Below are positions 34,993 to 45,486 of a DNA stretch of 64,000 nt, in pieces. Under the pieces are notes generated by a model that was not told the origin of the DNA, did not search any database, and was given only the letters and a program-made list of their open reading frames with translations. Source of the DNA: a virus; IMG/VR virus record IMGVR_UViG_3300018080_000165, positions 12,078 through 76,077 of that record, one strand, 5' to 3'. Numbering within the stretch: position 1 is the first letter of the stretch; the number at the start of each line of letters is the position of its first letter. The position numbers and the translations under genes are program-made.

Positions 34993-36033
34993 CTACGGAC
35001 AAGTGTTGCACGTAATGCAGGGCGGCAACTGAGCCGCGCAGAAGCCTGGATTCGCGAAGTCAACACAACACGCTGCCATTTCCACAGTGAATCCGTAGCT
35101 CCCGCAACAAGGAAGACAGTTGAAGTCATCAACCCAAAATGCGATGTCCGTTGTCACGATGTTCCCAAAAGGCTGACAAAGACACTGAAAATACTTTGCC
35201 CCTCCCGGTCCTCCACCGATCAAGTTTCCACACGGAGTACATCCGCCTGAAACCAAAGTTGTGCACAGTTTTGTAGGGCACACGCCGAAGATGTTTGTAA
35301 AACGGATCAGCGTCATTATACATCTCGATGGAACAGTGTTGTTGACACTGGAAATCCTGAGAAGATGTGTAGCGTCTGGAGGACCGCCCGGCCTTCGGCC
35401 CGTGCAGACATTCATGGAAACGCCGCTGACAGGCACATATGCTGGAACAAAGCAGTTCGCGCTCCACCCTGGGGCGGCTTGTGACCAAACAGGCATGAGA
35501 AACGTGTGTGCTCCTGGAGCGCAAGGCACAGGCACATCTCCCGTGCAGCAAAGGTTCAACTCGATTCCCACATCTACATTCAGTTCACAGCAAGAGCAAA
35601 GTTCGTCTGCCGTGTTTTTCAACGTAACGGAAATCGTCTTTGTTTCCCCGGCGTTGATCCAACAACGGGAAGCAAGCGATTCGATGAACTCGGTTGAAGA
35701 GGGACAGAGAAGACATCCTTCTCTGTAACTGTTGATTGTAACCGCTCCTCTCACAGCGATGGCACAGGTAGTGTTATTGAACACGTCCACTGTGTAAGTA
35801 AGTGTGAATCCGTCTATAGCTATACACTGGCCGTAAGGACGGATGAAACAGATTGTCTTGTTTGTCCATCCGGTAGCGTAGAGTTTCAACGGCGGTGGTG
35901 TTGCACAATCCGAAGGGCCAACAGTTATTGTTCCGATGCTTCCCAAGTCAAGGGAATCCTGTGCGCATCCGATGGCAATGTCGGAATTGTCACAACAACA
36001 ATCAGGATGTGGAGACATTGCCGGAACAGCCAT
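34993..36033 (-). CDS. Very Cys-rich tail-associated protein
   Basis: ~35 Cys in 346 aa, N-terminal CCC. Confidence 0.75.
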   Translation of the reverse strand: MAVPAMSPHPDCCCDNSDIAIGCAQDSLDLGSIGTITVGPSDCATPPPLKLYATGWTNKTICFIRPYGQCIAIDGFTLTYTVDVFNNTTCAIAVRGAVTINSYREGCLLCPSSTEFIESLASRCWINAGETKTISVTLKNTADELCSCCELNVDVGIELNLCCTGDVPVPCAPGAHTFLMPVWSQAAPGWSANCFVPAYVPVSGVSMNVCTGRRPGGPPDATHLLRISSVNNTVPSRCIMTLIRFTNIFGVCPTKLCTTLVSGGCTPCGNLIGGGPGGAKYFQCLCQPFGNIVTTDIAFWVDDFNCLPCCGSYGFTVEMAACCVDFANPGFCAAQLPPCITCNTCP

Positions 36034-36042
36034 CGTGATCCT

Positions 36043-37200
36043 CTACGGACAGTTGCCAACGTCAGTGTAGCTTCCCGGAGTTCCTGGGTTCACCACTTCA
36101 ATCGTGATGAATCTCTTTTTCAACACACACGTACTTGTATCAAAACAGATGTCATGTAGAACCTGAACAGACGTGTGCGTAAGCCCGCCGCCCTCTTCGA
36201 TGCAGCCGTAGGTAACTGTGATCGTTTTTCCACACTGACAGTCGCCTTTGGACGCCACAGTTATTCCCGTGACAACTTCTGTTTCACTCCCGGAACAAGA
36301 ACCTGGAGGAGATGTAGGAGTCCAGTCGTCTTCAGGAATCACGATCTCTTTCGTATTGTACGTCAATTTCCACTGCGTTGAAGTTGGAGACGGTGTACAA
36401 GAAAAAGTCATTCCGGTAACTACATGAAGTTCTTCGCAACAGTCAAGAGTTCCTTCGTAGTTCTCTTCTGTCGAAGGAAGCAACAGCCGATAAGTTTCAA
36501 CGCCTTTCACGTGCCCGCTACAATCGATTTCAATGACTTTGGGAAAGATGAGATTATCGCAATCGATCCCTCCAGGCATTGCGTTTCCTTTGTCTGCCTG
36601 TGGACATCCTACGTTTACACATCCCCCCGGAGCTATGCCTGCCGCGAAAGCGTTCCAAGGATGAAGAATAGTCAAAGTGGGATCGCATCTCGTCGGATTC
36701 CAATTTACGGCGTTTACAGCGTTCCCTTGTCGGTCGTTTACACGAAAGCCGTCATTCTGTCTGAGAAGTTGTGTTGTATTTATGGTTTTGAGTTGTACGT
36801 CTCCAACGTGCCTGTCGTTTCCCCCGGCACCATCGCAAGGCTCGAACATCTTGATAGAGCCAACGCCTTGATGTTGATGATTGAACGGGGCTTTCGCCTT
36901 TGCCATTCCAGGATCGTTTTCGCACGTGACAGGTTTGATCTGATTACCTAACCCTCCGACACCATCTTTGCCCGGTTCAGAAGGCTCTTCCGCGTCTTCT
37001 ACTTCTTCGTCCGTGACTCCGCTCACTGAAGACGAAAGAGCATTGAGTTGAGCCTGGACTTTTCTGAACTCGTTTTCGAGCCATCCAATACGAGCATCCT
37101 TTTCCACCAGTTCTTTCTGGAGGAAGAGAAGTCTTTTTGCTACTTCGGTTTCCCAAGCCATTGTTTCACCGTTGTAAGTTGGTAAGCGGCCTGTCGCCAA
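36043..37200 (-). CDS. Tail fibre-like protein (N-terminal coiled coil, Cys-rich beta C-terminus)
   Basis: Position and composition. Confidence 0.65.
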   Translation of the reverse strand: MATGRLPTYNGETMAWETEVAKRLLFLQKELVEKDARIGWLENEFRKVQAQLNALSSSVSGVTDEEVEDAEEPSEPGKDGVGGLGNQIKPVTCENDPGMAKAKAPFNHQHQGVGSIKMFEPCDGAGGNDRHVGDVQLKTINTTQLLRQNDGFRVNDRQGNAVNAVNWNPTRCDPTLTILHPWNAFAAGIAPGGCVNVGCPQADKGNAMPGGIDCDNLIFPKVIEIDCSGHVKGVETYRLLLPSTEENYEGTLDCCEELHVVTGMTFSCTPSPTSTQWKLTYNTKEIVIPEDDWTPTSPPGSCSGSETEVVTGITVASKGDCQCGKTITVTYGCIEEGGGLTHTSVQVLHDICFDTSTCVLKKRFITIEVVNPGTPGSYTDVGNCP

Positions 37201-38962
37201 AGATGAACGGACTGTTGGCGACTCTTAGGACGAGCGATTGCTTCGCCCTGTTGAACGACATCCCCATTACACGAAGGTCCATCGTTTCCCACGTCAAGTC
37301 TGTGCCTGCCGGTCCAGCATCGGGAACCACCCCTTTACCATCTGGGTAAGGATCGACTCCGAAAGTCTCGGTAGGATCGTACATGACATTGATCGAATCG
37401 CCAAGTTCGATTCCGAGATAGTCGATATAGGGTATGATGTCGGGTCTGGTGTAGCTTTCGTCTCCCGTTCCCGTATGCCGGGGATGGAGATGAATTTGAA
37501 TTTCGCCGGACACTTTAGGACGCCCGATCTGTTCCATGAGTTGATCGGCGAAGTCTATCAGGAAAGCCTCATCGTCTCTGACTACGCCTCCGCTCTGATC
37601 GAGAATCTTCACCCAATCGATGTTGTATCGCTGATAGACTCTTCCGTTCGGACATCCTCCGGTCTTCACCACAACAAGTTCGCCAAGGTCTTCCCAAAGG
37701 TTCGCGAACAAATCCCACACCAAGATTTTCGGATCGGTGGGATACTCGTCAACATGTTCGCTACCTTCAGGCGACCAAAAAGGAAGCATGGACATGAGGC
37801 GCTTGGGACAGAAGGAAACTACGTACTCACCACAAGAATTCTTGTCTGCTGGTGGTGTGATCGTAGCAACCTCTACAAGTTCGAAGTCAGCCCATTCCCA
37901 AGGCGTCTCTTGCTTTTCGCAATGAGGATCGACGCCTTCTGGAATCTCGCCCCCCGGATAGTCTTCAGCCTCTTTGCAACGTCCGAGATTTCTCTTTGGG
38001 ATGTTCGCCATGACGACAATCTGATTGTCTCCCACAACGGAAAACTTCCCGTCCTCTTCCTTGAAAGAGAACGCGGCAGGTCTTATGTCGTTCGGAAAGA
38101 GATAGCGACAAGCGAACGGCGGACATCCCGAAATCTCTTCCGGGAAATAAGGCTCAACAAGATTGAAGCACGCCGGTTTGTGTTCTGCTTCTATGCACTG
38201 ACTAAACCATCCCGGCAAGAGTTGGACATCCGGCCTGTAGCGGAATCGGCCAAGACCTTCAAGCCGAATCTTCTCGTAGCAGTCTGACTTGTCGATCCGA
38301 AGATTCAACTTGACGAGGTTGTCCCATTTTGGCGTCCGAAGATGCCATTGGCCGACCAACTTGCTAAGGCGAATCTCTTTCTGTTTGACGACAGTCAAAT
38401 CGATGAACTTCGCCTTGTCATTCAACGAGTCGTAGTACCAGCGCCAAGCAGGACCAAACTTGAGGATTTGCGTCAGCATCTCTCCGATGCTGCGCCCCTC
38501 GACTTGAATGTTCTTTTCGATCAGCACGGAACTAGGAACGGGATCAACGAACGTCGTTCCTGTAAGGATGCTGCTCGCGTTCACGATTGCATTCAATGCG
38601 TCTTCAAGATTTTCTTCTCCGGTGTAGCGTTCGTCATTGAAAGCAAAGCGTGCCGTCGTTTCCGATGAAGAATCGGGGTACTCACGGTCACGAAGAAAAG
38701 GTTCCCTGGAAACGTCATCGAATCCGTCCGTCAATTCGTAACGCTGGAAGTCTTCGTTAGGAGAAATCTGTTCTTCCAATGTACGCAGCCGACCTTTCAG
38801 CCGAACGGTTCCGTTGATCGTGTACGTCCAGACCAAATCCATGTCAAGAGGAGTGTCATCCGATCTCTTCTCAACAAGAGTGAACGACAAACGCCATGCG
38901 CTTTCAAACTGCATCTCAAGTTGATCCTCTCTAAATCCCGTAAGGGTTGTGACTTCAGGCAT
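37166..38962 (-). CDS. Tail tip/hub-like protein
   Basis: Second gene after tape measure. Confidence 0.6.
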   Translation of the reverse strand: MPEVTTLTGFREDQLEMQFESAWRLSFTLVEKRSDDTPLDMDLVWTYTINGTVRLKGRLRTLEEQISPNEDFQRYELTDGFDDVSREPFLRDREYPDSSSETTARFAFNDERYTGEENLEDALNAIVNASSILTGTTFVDPVPSSVLIEKNIQVEGRSIGEMLTQILKFGPAWRWYYDSLNDKAKFIDLTVVKQKEIRLSKLVGQWHLRTPKWDNLVKLNLRIDKSDCYEKIRLEGLGRFRYRPDVQLLPGWFSQCIEAEHKPACFNLVEPYFPEEISGCPPFACRYLFPNDIRPAAFSFKEEDGKFSVVGDNQIVVMANIPKRNLGRCKEAEDYPGGEIPEGVDPHCEKQETPWEWADFELVEVATITPPADKNSCGEYVVSFCPKRLMSMLPFWSPEGSEHVDEYPTDPKILVWDLFANLWEDLGELVVVKTGGCPNGRVYQRYNIDWVKILDQSGGVVRDDEAFLIDFADQLMEQIGRPKVSGEIQIHLHPRHTGTGDESYTRPDIIPYIDYLGIELGDSINVMYDPTETFGVDPYPDGKGVVPDAGPAGTDLTWETMDLRVMGMSFNRAKQSLVLRVANSPFIFGDRPLTNLQR

Positions 38963-38963
38963 C

Positions 38964-39494
38964 TTATGGTCCCACCAAAGGTTCTTCCGAAGTCTCGAAA
39001 AGCAAGCTGTACTCCACGAAGTTCTTCGACCCATCGTAAGCGTGACTCATCTTCCGATAGTAACTGTTCACATATCTTCGATAGACTGTGGTGTAGTCGT
39101 CCTCATAGACACGCAAAATTCCAGCATACGGCCCGATGGCGTTCGGAGCGGCACGGATGAAGTCTTCCACTTCCTGAATGTTCCGCCCATGATAGTACAG
39201 TTTGTCGAGAACAAGCGCATACTTGCTTGTGGTTCCCAGCAACAACGGTGCTGGAGTCGAACGAGCCAATCCCTGCCAGTTCAATCCGAAGTCACGAGTA
39301 GGATTGGGATTCAAAAAGCCGCCAATCCCCAAACCAAGTGTTCCACTGGCGGCTGGCGTCGTTTGATCGGACACAAGAGTATAGTATACTCCTATGTCTT
39401 TCAATCCTTGGCTCGGTCCTTGTGTCCTCTCGAAGGTGAATCGAGAGGCGATCTCGCAGCCTATTTCCAGGACCATTGGCTCAATCACGGGCAT
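38964..39494 (-). CDS. Distal-tail-like protein
   Basis: Immediately after tape measure. Confidence 0.55.
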   Translation of the reverse strand: MPVIEPMVLEIGCEIASRFTFERTQGPSQGLKDIGVYYTLVSDQTTPAASGTLGLGIGGFLNPNPTRDFGLNWQGLARSTPAPLLLGTTSKYALVLDKLYYHGRNIQEVEDFIRAAPNAIGPYAGILRVYEDDYTTVYRRYVNSYYRKMSHAYDGSKNFVEYSLLFETSEEPLVGP

Positions 39495-39504
39495 TACTTT
39501 TCTC

Positions 39505-42500
39505 CTACAAAGTTGCGCTGTTGAGGATTTCCTGTGCCGTCGCCACGTTCTCTTTTTTCTCCGCGATGTAGTTCGTGTGCTCTCTCGTCTTCTCGGCGGA
39601 CTGTAACGCAAAATCAGCGACATTTTCGGCAAGCCCGTTGATGGCTTCGATGTTTTCACTTTGAACATCGAGAAGACCTGTGAGCGAAGCATTCGCGTCA
39701 GCGACGGAATCATTCAAGGTTGTAGTTGCCTCACTGAGTGTTTCCAAGTTAATGCCTTTCAGCATTTCGGTAAACGGCACGATAGCTTTGTCAAAAACGG
39801 CTTGTACTTCATTCAACTTTCCTGCAACAGCCGTGAATCCTTCTTGAACTTTGGCCGTGAAGGTTTCTGTAGCCGTCTTGACACGATCTGTGGCTTCTAC
39901 GGCGGGTTCCGCGATAGGAGCGGCTTCGGCGGCTTCCGTAGCTCCTTCGACTCCTCTTGCGCCTTCGGCTCCTATTTCTTCCTTCATAACTTCTTGAATT
40001 TCGCGCTCTATCTCTTTTTCCTTTTGTTGTTTTTCAGCAAGAGAAACAACCGTGTGACGAAGCCTTGAATCAGTTTCCTGGAACTGCCTGAAGAGTTCGT
40101 TCATCTGCGTGATCGCGGCGTGTCTGAAAGCAAACGCCTTATCAAGCGGGAACTCTGCCGCGTCAAAAGCCGCTTTCCCGGCGTTCTCTATGAGCGTGAA
40201 CATCCTGTCGAAGAGTTCTTTGTTCGCGCTGCTTTGTTTGCTCCAGAAGTCATTCAAAGCGGCCGTTGCCTGAATCAGCCTTTCTCTTGCGGCGGCAACA
40301 GCGCCTTCGTCAGTCAAGTCAACGTCGTACACTTCTGCTTGGGCCTTGACAAGATCAAGGGCAAACTGAGTGAACTCAAACGTATCCTCCTTACTCACCT
40401 TGGCGGCTTTCTTCTCACGCTCGGCAGGTGCCTTCGCCGCTTCTTCGACGGGCTTGACAACTTCAGGCTTCGAGAGAGCGCGCTTCGCGATGTCTTCCGC
40501 TTTGTCAGCGGCTTCATTCAGTTTTTCATTACCCTTCTTGAACGCTTCGAAAGTCTTTTCGATTGTTTTGGGAAGCGCCTCAAGGAACGTGTCCATTTTG
40601 TCGGACAACTTCTGCGTGCTCTTCTCGATCTCAGTGCGCCTGAAGTTGATGTCGTTGATAAGATCGCGGATGGCTTTGTCGGTAAGTTCACTGACAAAAC
40701 CAAAAGCCTCTTGTGTCGGGCCAGCCCTTTCAACGGACGTGAGGATTTTATCGAAGCCTTCAGCAAAGGCTTTCTGCAAGTCCTCTCTTTCAGGAAAGGC
40801 TTCTTTGAGTCTTTCCGCGAACTCAACAGCCAAAGCACCTTGCTTTTCCCGGAACGCTCTCAGCGTTTCCCTGTTTTGCTTCTCGGTTTCCTCAAGCCTC
40901 TTCCTGTCCCTCTTGAGACTCTTTTGCCGCGCTTCGGCGTTTAGAAGGGCTTCCCTTTCAGTTTCAGTGAGTATCTCTCCGCTAGTCTCCTTCAGTTTAA
41001 GCTGACGGATCAACTGTTCCGTCTCACCAAGACTAGCATTGATGGCAACCAACTTCTTTCCTGAAGTCAAAAACTCCGTGCCGAAGTCTTCGAACGTTCG
41101 CGCGAACTCACTCAGCTTCTCTCGGAATTCGACATCCAAAAGCTGTTGGAGACTGGTGAATGTTTTGATGGTCGCGTTTGCGGCATCCAAGCGCGCTTCG
41201 TTCGTGGCTTTTTGCTGATCGAACTCTTCTTTGAAGATTCGGCGGAAGAACGCCAGCTTCGCGGCTTCTTCAAGTTTCCTTGCCGCATCGGCAAGTTCAC
41301 GCGAAGCCGTGATAATACCGTTGGAAGCATTCTTGGCGCGTCTCTCCATCTCTTTCACGCGAGCATCGCCAATAGCAAAGGCTTTCTGCAATTCAGCAGA
41401 CGCGCTTTTGTAAAGAGCTTGTACTTTGCCTTGATTGTTGAACGTCCTGTTTTGGATGTCTGTGATTTTGGTTTCGGTTTCTTCAAGTTCTTTGGTAGCA
41501 CTTTCGAAATTGCGGTTTCGAACCCTGTCTTCCTGTTCGATTTCAAACATCCGCTTCTGCAATTCGAGTTCGAGTGCTTGTCCTCTCAAGCCCTTCTCAC
41601 GCAACAACTGACGTTCACGATTTTGGTTGAGAGAATCGAGTCTGGCCTTTTCGTCTTCGAAACCGAGTTCCTGAAGCCTCTCTTGGACTTCAATCCGTTT
41701 CTTGAACAAGTCTTGAAGTTGAGTCTGATCTTCCTTTTTTTGTTCTGCCGCGACTTGCTGGAAACGCTTCTGGAAGCGCGTGAGAGCCACACGTTCAAGA
41801 CCTACGAAGCCGCCCTTGAGGGCTTCCTTCTGGAACTCATCAAACAGGTCTTCAAGAGCGTTGATCTGCTTGTTAGGATCGAGCAGCCGAAGTTGTCTTC
41901 GAAGGAACGCTTCTCCGCTCTTCTGAAGTTTGTCCAAGTCACGAACGGCTTTTTGCTGTTCGCGCCGGAAAACTTCAAGCTGCTTCGTCAAGAAAGTTGT
42001 TTCAGCAAGGAGGGCATTTTGTGTGGCCTTGACACGCGCCTTCGCGATGTCCTGGGCAGTCGCTCCTTGCTTACGCAGTGTATCGACGATTGCCATCTCG
42101 CGTTTATGAATCGCTTCGATTTGCGCCGCCATATCCTTTGCAGTTTCCGCCTGTCGCGCGAGAAGAGATTCGTTACGCCGATTGATTCGCTCAAGGAGAC
42201 GATTGATCCGCACACGTTCCTTGTCGTTATCCTGGGTCTTCTTCGTTTCCTTCGCAATCTTTTCTTCAAGCTGAAGAATGATTGTTTTGGTATTTTCTTC
42301 ATCTTTAAGCAGTTCTGGCGACTTGTCCTTACCTTGAAGTTCCAAATTCCTTTGGATGAAGCGCAGTATTTCTTTCTGAAAGTTCAAACGCTTGCGGAGT
42401 GCTGTAAGACCTTTTTCTTCCTGTCTAGCAATTTCCTTAGCATTATCCGCAATGCCTTTTTGTAGTTTAGCACGAACTTTCTGTTGCTCCACGATCTCAA

Positions 42501-45474
42501 CGAGTTTGGTTTGCTGTTCCGCCGTCAAATTGACGAACGTTCGCAATGACTCGTTGGCCGTATCCAATTTCAGGTCCGAAACAAAATCGATGTCAGGAAT
42601 AGAAACAATACTGGATCGGAATTTTGTGAGCGTGTTAATGAACTCATCGAACACTTCTATTCCACGCTGTCCACTCCCGAATAGTCGTTCAAGCTGGAAC
42701 ATGAAAGGATTCAGGCCACCAGCAACTTGCGCAAGAGGAATCCGGCTTGCCTGGAGTTTCGTGGCGAAGATAAGCGCCTGTTCCGATGTGATGTCAAAAG
42801 TTTCTCGAAGGCTTTGCAGGTCTTTATCAAATTGTTTAAGAGCTTCGGCACCAAAAGTGGCTGCGTCGATAGCACCAAAGACTTGAAGAAACTTGGCGAG
42901 AGCTTTACTTGCTTTTTCGCTGTCATCGGAGACAGCTTCAAAAGCAAGTGCCTTGATAAACTCGTTGACTTGTCCGCGCACTCTATCGAAATTGGCTTTA
43001 TCAACTTCGATTTTGAATTGCGGCGCATCCTTTCCTACGATGAAGTTGATCCGATCCACAACGCGCTGAACGCGAGCAATAGCTTCCTCTTCGCCTACTT
43101 TGCCTTCACGGCTTGTCAACGCTTCCTGTATGAATTGATCGAAAGCCTGCCGCACGCCCACAGCGCCTTGCCGAAGCGTTCTTGCGATGCCTTCGGTCAA
43201 ACCTTCCTGATCGATCAACTCTTGAAGTTTTACGTCTGTACGACTAAACTGCGTGAGCAAATTGTTGATGGACTCTCTTGAAACTTCCGTGAAGTCCTTC
43301 AACCCCGTGCTGACACGCTCTGTAGCATCCGCAATCGTCTTGAACTCTTGGTTCAAAACGTTCACAGCGTTCGTCAACGCGCCGGTTTCTTCTGCCGATT
43401 TCTTTGCTTCTTCACGTATTTCCCTGAGCCTGTTCCTGGTTTTCTCCGTCTGTTTCTCGACAAAGCCGAACGTCTCTCCGAGTTTTTTCCATCCAGTGTT
43501 CAAGAATTCCGTAGGCTTTTGAATCAGACCAAGAGCATAGGCTAATTCGGAAGCAAGATCGATGATGGCCACAAGGCCAGCAACAAGGATTCCGACAACG
43601 GCAATGATCTTTGCTGCGGATGCAAGGAAGATGAGTGCGGCTTTAGATGCTGCAAGAAAAGCGATACGCACTTTTCCGAGCGCGCCGATAAGACTCACGC
43701 CGCCCACACCTGCTCCTGTGATAGCCGCGATGAGATTGGCAATGGCAATCTTTGCTGCTCTTGTCGAAGCCACCGAGAAGAAAAGGATGGCCCTTGAAGC
43801 TGCTCCAAACGCGGGAACAAGTCTGGCCAACCAAAGAAGAAGTCTTCCCACAGAACCAACGAAAGCCGTTATGACACCGAGCGCACTTCCAAAAACTTCG
43901 ATGAAGATGAATGCCGCTGTCGCCACGGTGCCAAGCACAGCAACCAACGCACCAAACTCAATGGCAAGCGTTGCGATCTGCTTTGCGAACTCAGGGTTCT
44001 CCTTGATCCATTCGCGCACTTGGAAAAGCACGTCTTTAACGATCTTACCGAACGGTTCGAACGCATCTCTGATAACACGCCCGATTTCATTCGCCGTTTG
44101 CTGGAACTGACTTTGAAGCGTTGCCAACTGCCGTTGCACCTCCGCTTCAACGGAGACGCCGTCTCGGAAAGCCTGATTGGCGATGAGTTGTTTCTGTGCC
44201 ACTCGTTCCGTGTTCGCGGCCAGTAAGTTAAGAACACGTCCAACGCGAATGTTGTTAAGGCCGAGAAGCGTTTGCGCCGTGATCTTTCCTTGCGCATCAA
44301 GAGCATTGAATCCCTTCAACACAAGATCGAGAGCGCCGAGCATATCCGTTTTGAGGAGTTTCGAGAACTCTTCGAAGGAAACGCCCGCGACTCTTGCCGC
44401 TTCCCTGGAACGGTCTGTGATCTGCGCGAGGATTCTCTGCAAGCCTGTTCCTGTGACTTGCGCCGAAACACCCAACTCCGCGAGCACGGCACCAAGAGCC
44501 GTCATAGCTCCAATGCCTTCCGTGCCGAGAATGTTGAACTGATTCGCCACAGGTCCAAGGAACTGCACGAAACGAACGAGAGAAGCAGCGGAGACGGCTG
44601 AAGCATCGGCCACGGCATTGAATGCGTCGCCGATCTTGGTGATGTTCGCAATGTCGATCTTGAAGAGAAGCGTAAACGACTTGAACGCTTCAGCCGCTTC
44701 CTGTCCGGTCAACTGCAACGCGATAGCGACTTTTTGGGCTTGCTTGACAAACTGCACGAGATTGTCTTGAGCAACGCCCAACCTCGCAGCCGCTTCCGCA
44801 AGATCGAGAACTTCGTTCGTTGCGATGCCGAGACTGCTTGCAACGTTCGTAAGTTCTTCTCCCAAGTCCCGCAACTGATCGCCGGACTTTCCAACCAAAC
44901 GCCCGACACGAACAAGTTTTGTTTCGAACTCGGTGAACGTTTCAACAACGCTGCGCAAGACACGCTGGCCTATCGCGGCAGCCGCCACAAAGCCGAAGAA
45001 CGACTGTCTCGTTATTCCGAGAGCACGATTGAGCAATCCCGCTGACTTCGTGGTTTCCGCGAATGCTCCACCAGCACCACCGGCAATACGAGCGCGGTTC
45101 AAGTCTCTGATTGCTTTGTTGGCTTGATTCACCACAGTAGAAAACTGAGTGAAGCCTTTAGATGCCGCCGTGGTAGATGCAGCGATCTTCCGAGTGAAGT
45201 TGTTTATCGAAGCGAGTGCCGTTTGGAGTCCGGCCAATGCCGCGCTGTCAACTTGGATTCTCGCTTTGATAACAAGTCTGTCTTGTGCTCGTTTCCGAAA
45301 AGCATCCAGCTTCTTTTCGGCGGCTTTGAGAGTAGCCGTAAGCGCAGCCTGATTGATTTTGATCTTCAGGTTAAGCCTTGCTTCGACTCGCGTCTTAAAC
45401 TTCTTCAAGCGTTCTTCAACGACTTGAATACTTCGCGTGTCGAGTTGAAGCCTAATCAGAATGGTTTCGGCCAC
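39505..45474 (-). CDS. Tail tape measure protein
   Basis: 1989 aa, TP901-type core, hydrophobic middle, long coiled coils. Confidence 0.92.
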   Translation of the reverse strand: MAETILIRLQLDTRSIQVVEERLKKFKTRVEARLNLKIKINQAALTATLKAAEKKLDAFRKRAQDRLVIKARIQVDSAALAGLQTALASINNFTRKIAASTTAASKGFTQFSTVVNQANKAIRDLNRARIAGGAGGAFAETTKSAGLLNRALGITRQSFFGFVAAAAIGQRVLRSVVETFTEFETKLVRVGRLVGKSGDQLRDLGEELTNVASSLGIATNEVLDLAEAAARLGVAQDNLVQFVKQAQKVAIALQLTGQEAAEAFKSFTLLFKIDIANITKIGDAFNAVADASAVSAASLVRFVQFLGPVANQFNILGTEGIGAMTALGAVLAELGVSAQVTGTGLQRILAQITDRSREAARVAGVSFEEFSKLLKTDMLGALDLVLKGFNALDAQGKITAQTLLGLNNIRVGRVLNLLAANTERVAQKQLIANQAFRDGVSVEAEVQRQLATLQSQFQQTANEIGRVIRDAFEPFGKIVKDVLFQVREWIKENPEFAKQIATLAIEFGALVAVLGTVATAAFIFIEVFGSALGVITAFVGSVGRLLLWLARLVPAFGAASRAILFFSVASTRAAKIAIANLIAAITGAGVGGVSLIGALGKVRIAFLAASKAALIFLASAAKIIAVVGILVAGLVAIIDLASELAYALGLIQKPTEFLNTGWKKLGETFGFVEKQTEKTRNRLREIREEAKKSAEETGALTNAVNVLNQEFKTIADATERVSTGLKDFTEVSRESINNLLTQFSRTDVKLQELIDQEGLTEGIARTLRQGAVGVRQAFDQFIQEALTSREGKVGEEEAIARVQRVVDRINFIVGKDAPQFKIEVDKANFDRVRGQVNEFIKALAFEAVSDDSEKASKALAKFLQVFGAIDAATFGAEALKQFDKDLQSLRETFDITSEQALIFATKLQASRIPLAQVAGGLNPFMFQLERLFGSGQRGIEVFDEFINTLTKFRSSIVSIPDIDFVSDLKLDTANESLRTFVNLTAEQQTKLVEIVEQQKVRAKLQKGIADNAKEIARQEEKGLTALRKRLNFQKEILRFIQRNLELQGKDKSPELLKDEENTKTIILQLEEKIAKETKKTQDNDKERVRINRLLERINRRNESLLARQAETAKDMAAQIEAIHKREMAIVDTLRKQGATAQDIAKARVKATQNALLAETTFLTKQLEVFRREQQKAVRDLDKLQKSGEAFLRRQLRLLDPNKQINALEDLFDEFQKEALKGGFVGLERVALTRFQKRFQQVAAEQKKEDQTQLQDLFKKRIEVQERLQELGFEDEKARLDSLNQNRERQLLREKGLRGQALELELQKRMFEIEQEDRVRNRNFESATKELEETETKITDIQNRTFNNQGKVQALYKSASAELQKAFAIGDARVKEMERRAKNASNGIITASRELADAARKLEEAAKLAFFRRIFKEEFDQQKATNEARLDAANATIKTFTSLQQLLDVEFREKLSEFARTFEDFGTEFLTSGKKLVAINASLGETEQLIRQLKLKETSGEILTETEREALLNAEARQKSLKRDRKRLEETEKQNRETLRAFREKQGALAVEFAERLKEAFPEREDLQKAFAEGFDKILTSVERAGPTQEAFGFVSELTDKAIRDLINDINFRRTEIEKSTQKLSDKMDTFLEALPKTIEKTFEAFKKGNEKLNEAADKAEDIAKRALSKPEVVKPVEEAAKAPAEREKKAAKVSKEDTFEFTQFALDLVKAQAEVYDVDLTDEGAVAAARERLIQATAALNDFWSKQSSANKELFDRMFTLIENAGKAAFDAAEFPLDKAFAFRHAAITQMNELFRQFQETDSRLRHTVVSLAEKQQKEKEIEREIQEVMKEEIGAEGARGVEGATEAAEAAPIAEPAVEATDRVKTATETFTAKVQEGFTAVAGKLNEVQAVFDKAIVPFTEMLKGINLETLSEATTTLNDSVADANASLTGLLDVQSENIEAINGLAENVADFALQSAEKTREHTNYIAEKKENVATAQEILNSATL

Positions 45475-45486
45475 GGTCTTGCTCCC

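Noticed and set aside
41146-42465. Long plus-strand ORFs opposite tape measure, portal, capsid and tail genes
   Set aside because: Antisense frames of biased-codon genes; no RBS or motifs
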